This document shows, in pieces, positions 62,701-64,000 of a stretch of 64,000 nt of DNA (position 1 is its first letter; the number at the start of each line of letters is the position of its first letter). The DNA lies in assembly GCA_051530055.1 (NCBI GenBank), contig CM121341.1:15230784-15294783 (forward strand), written 5' to 3'. The position numbers were made by a program, and so were the translations under genes. The DNA is from Neoechinorhynchus agilis. Its lineage: Eukaryota > Animalia > Acanthocephala. The notes under the pieces were generated by a model, which did not search any database, had not been told where the DNA came from, and saw only the letters and a program-made list of their open reading frames with translations.

Positions 62701-63600
62701 CACTTGTTGACGATAATAGATCGGTTCACGCGTTGGCCAGAAGCGATTTCACTTTCAAAAACCGACACACTTTCATGTGCGCGAGCTTTGGTCAGCAATT
62801 GGATTTCGCGATTCGGGGTTCCGACGGATATCACCTCAGATAGGGGAGCGCAATTCACCTCCAAAATATGGACCGACATGTCGACCCTATTTGGCACCAA
62901 ATTACACCACACGACAGCTTATCATCCACAGTCCAACGGTATGGTCGAAAGGATGCACCGGCACCTGAAAAACGTCCTTAAAAGCCCGTCTCAAATGTGC
63001 CAATTGGTATGACGAGCTACCGTGGGTCCTGCTGGGCACGAGGACATCGCCTAAATCCGATTTTGGGACGTCATCCGCTGAACAAGTCTACGGGAGCCCA
63101 ATTAGAGTTCCCAGCGATTTCGTTAGCCCTACACCGACATGAGCCAATCAAGGAAACCAACTCGAAAGTTTGCGCGATCGGATCCGTCCGTTAGTCCCCG
63201 TACCGACGTCACGACATGGAAATATCTCGACCTACGTCCCAAAAGCCCTTAAGATCGCACGCCATGTGTTCGTCAGGAGTGAGCAGATCGGAGGACCGCT
63301 GCTGCCAGCATACAGAGGACCCTACAGAGTAATCGAAGCAGGTGAAAAATATTTCACGATTGATTATAGAGGACGCAACGAAACGATTGCGATAGACAGG
63401 CTGAAACCCGCGCATTGTGACCCTTCCTCCACAGTCGAAGCCGACATACCACGCAAGCGAGGACGGCCACGGAAGACTTAGCGGAGCCTCTTGGGGGAGC
63501 TGTGTGGCGAGTACGTCAGAGGTCCACCAATCGATATGCACGCATGTTGCATGGAGTACAACTAGAAAACAGAGCCGTTGGTTTTTTGAGTTGAACTACA
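59720..63600 (+). mobile_element. Ty3/gypsy LTR retrotransposon, CsRn1-like clade, decayed (3,881 bp)
   Basis: LTRs at 59,720-59,821 and 63,501-63,600 (TG...CA; 2 substitutions and 2 indels). PBS TGGTGCCCCCGACG (tRNA-Trp-like), PPT TTGGGGGAGC, and flanks ACCA/ACCT (4-bp TSD with 1 mismatch). Confidence 0.97.
59859..63481 (+). pseudogene. Disrupted gag-pol: gag, aspartic protease, RT, RNase H, integrase
   Basis: Gag KLPPFW...WFVQAEAQF with CHCC motif CFYHQRYGNRAKRCRPPC; protease FLVDTGAEVS; RT VYLDDILI; RNase H TDASDYAVGAMLQQ; integrase HVDLVGPLP...IDRFTRWPEA and GPY. In-frame stops at 60,793-95 and 61,381-83, plus several frameshifts. Confidence 0.95.
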
Positions 63601-63699
63601 ACCTGATGTAGCGCTTTTAAACATTCTATATATTTTGAAGTCTGGCAAACCAGTAACTTTTGAGTATTTATCTATGTGTGGGCCTGTTTCACAGCTTAT

Positions 63700-63870
63700 A
63701 ATTTTCCTTTGGCACACAGCCCATCGATCGATGAAGATGAGATCGTCGGCATATAAAAAAGTTTAGATGTTTAAGGTCGTTTGGGAAAATATTAAAAAGA
63801 AGTGGTAACAGGACGGCGCTCGGAGGTACGCCCTTGGTGAAGGATAGTCTGATAGAGGAGGTAGTCACCC
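63700..63870 (-). mobile_element. Degenerate non-LTR retrotransposon reverse-transcriptase fragment
   Basis: GVPPSAVLLPLLFNIFPNDL (a GVPQGSVLSPLLFNIY.NDL variant), followed after a frameshift by YADDLIF (TATGCCGACGAT at 63,753-63,742). Confidence 0.7.
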
Positions 63871-64000
63871 AATCACCACCCCACCTCTCCCTCTCCTTAA
63901 TCTCTAACGAAATCACACCCATAAAAGATTTCTGGAGCAATCACAAACTCAACCTGAATTTCTCTAAATGCTTCGAAATAGTCCCTTCATTCTGCCGAAA

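Noticed and set aside
59841-63611. Antisense and alternative-frame ORFs overlapping the gypsy element
   Set aside because: Shadow ORFs of GC-richer gag-pol sequence with no independent motifs.
29303-64000. tRNA, rRNA or snRNA genes
   Set aside because: None recognised; the only tRNA-related sequences are the two primer-binding sites.

Overview
Eukaryotic DNA from an invertebrate animal with a compact, AT-rich genome (introns mostly about 34-65 nt); the taxon cannot be determined from the sequence. Bases 1 to ~29,300 are a head-to-tail 181-bp satellite array (~160 monomers, several sequence subfamilies, local block duplications) that ends abruptly ~100 bp from a gene. The remainder is gene-dense: an orphan membrane protein, an SMG6-like PIN nuclease, TTC1, MOG1/RANGRF, a secreted Cys-motif/acidic precursor with paralogous remnants, an MTSS1/MIM-like I-BAR protein, an NCS-family EF-hand protein, a rhodopsin-class peptide GPCR, a divergent BMP-type R-Smad and SHOC2. 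Mobile or repeat DNA includes a degenerate ~205-bp tandem repeat, a TRIM-like mini LTR element, MITE-like foldbacks, a decayed CsRn1-type Ty3/gypsy element and a non-LTR RT remnant. The most unusual signals are a cluster of foldback or inverted elements whose inversion points sit at minimal hammerhead-ribozyme cores (Penelope-like, 38.8-44.6 kb), apparent 3'-UTR introns in the SMG6-like gene, and the modular secreted peptide family. All family assignments are from motif recognition by eye; no database searches were run.
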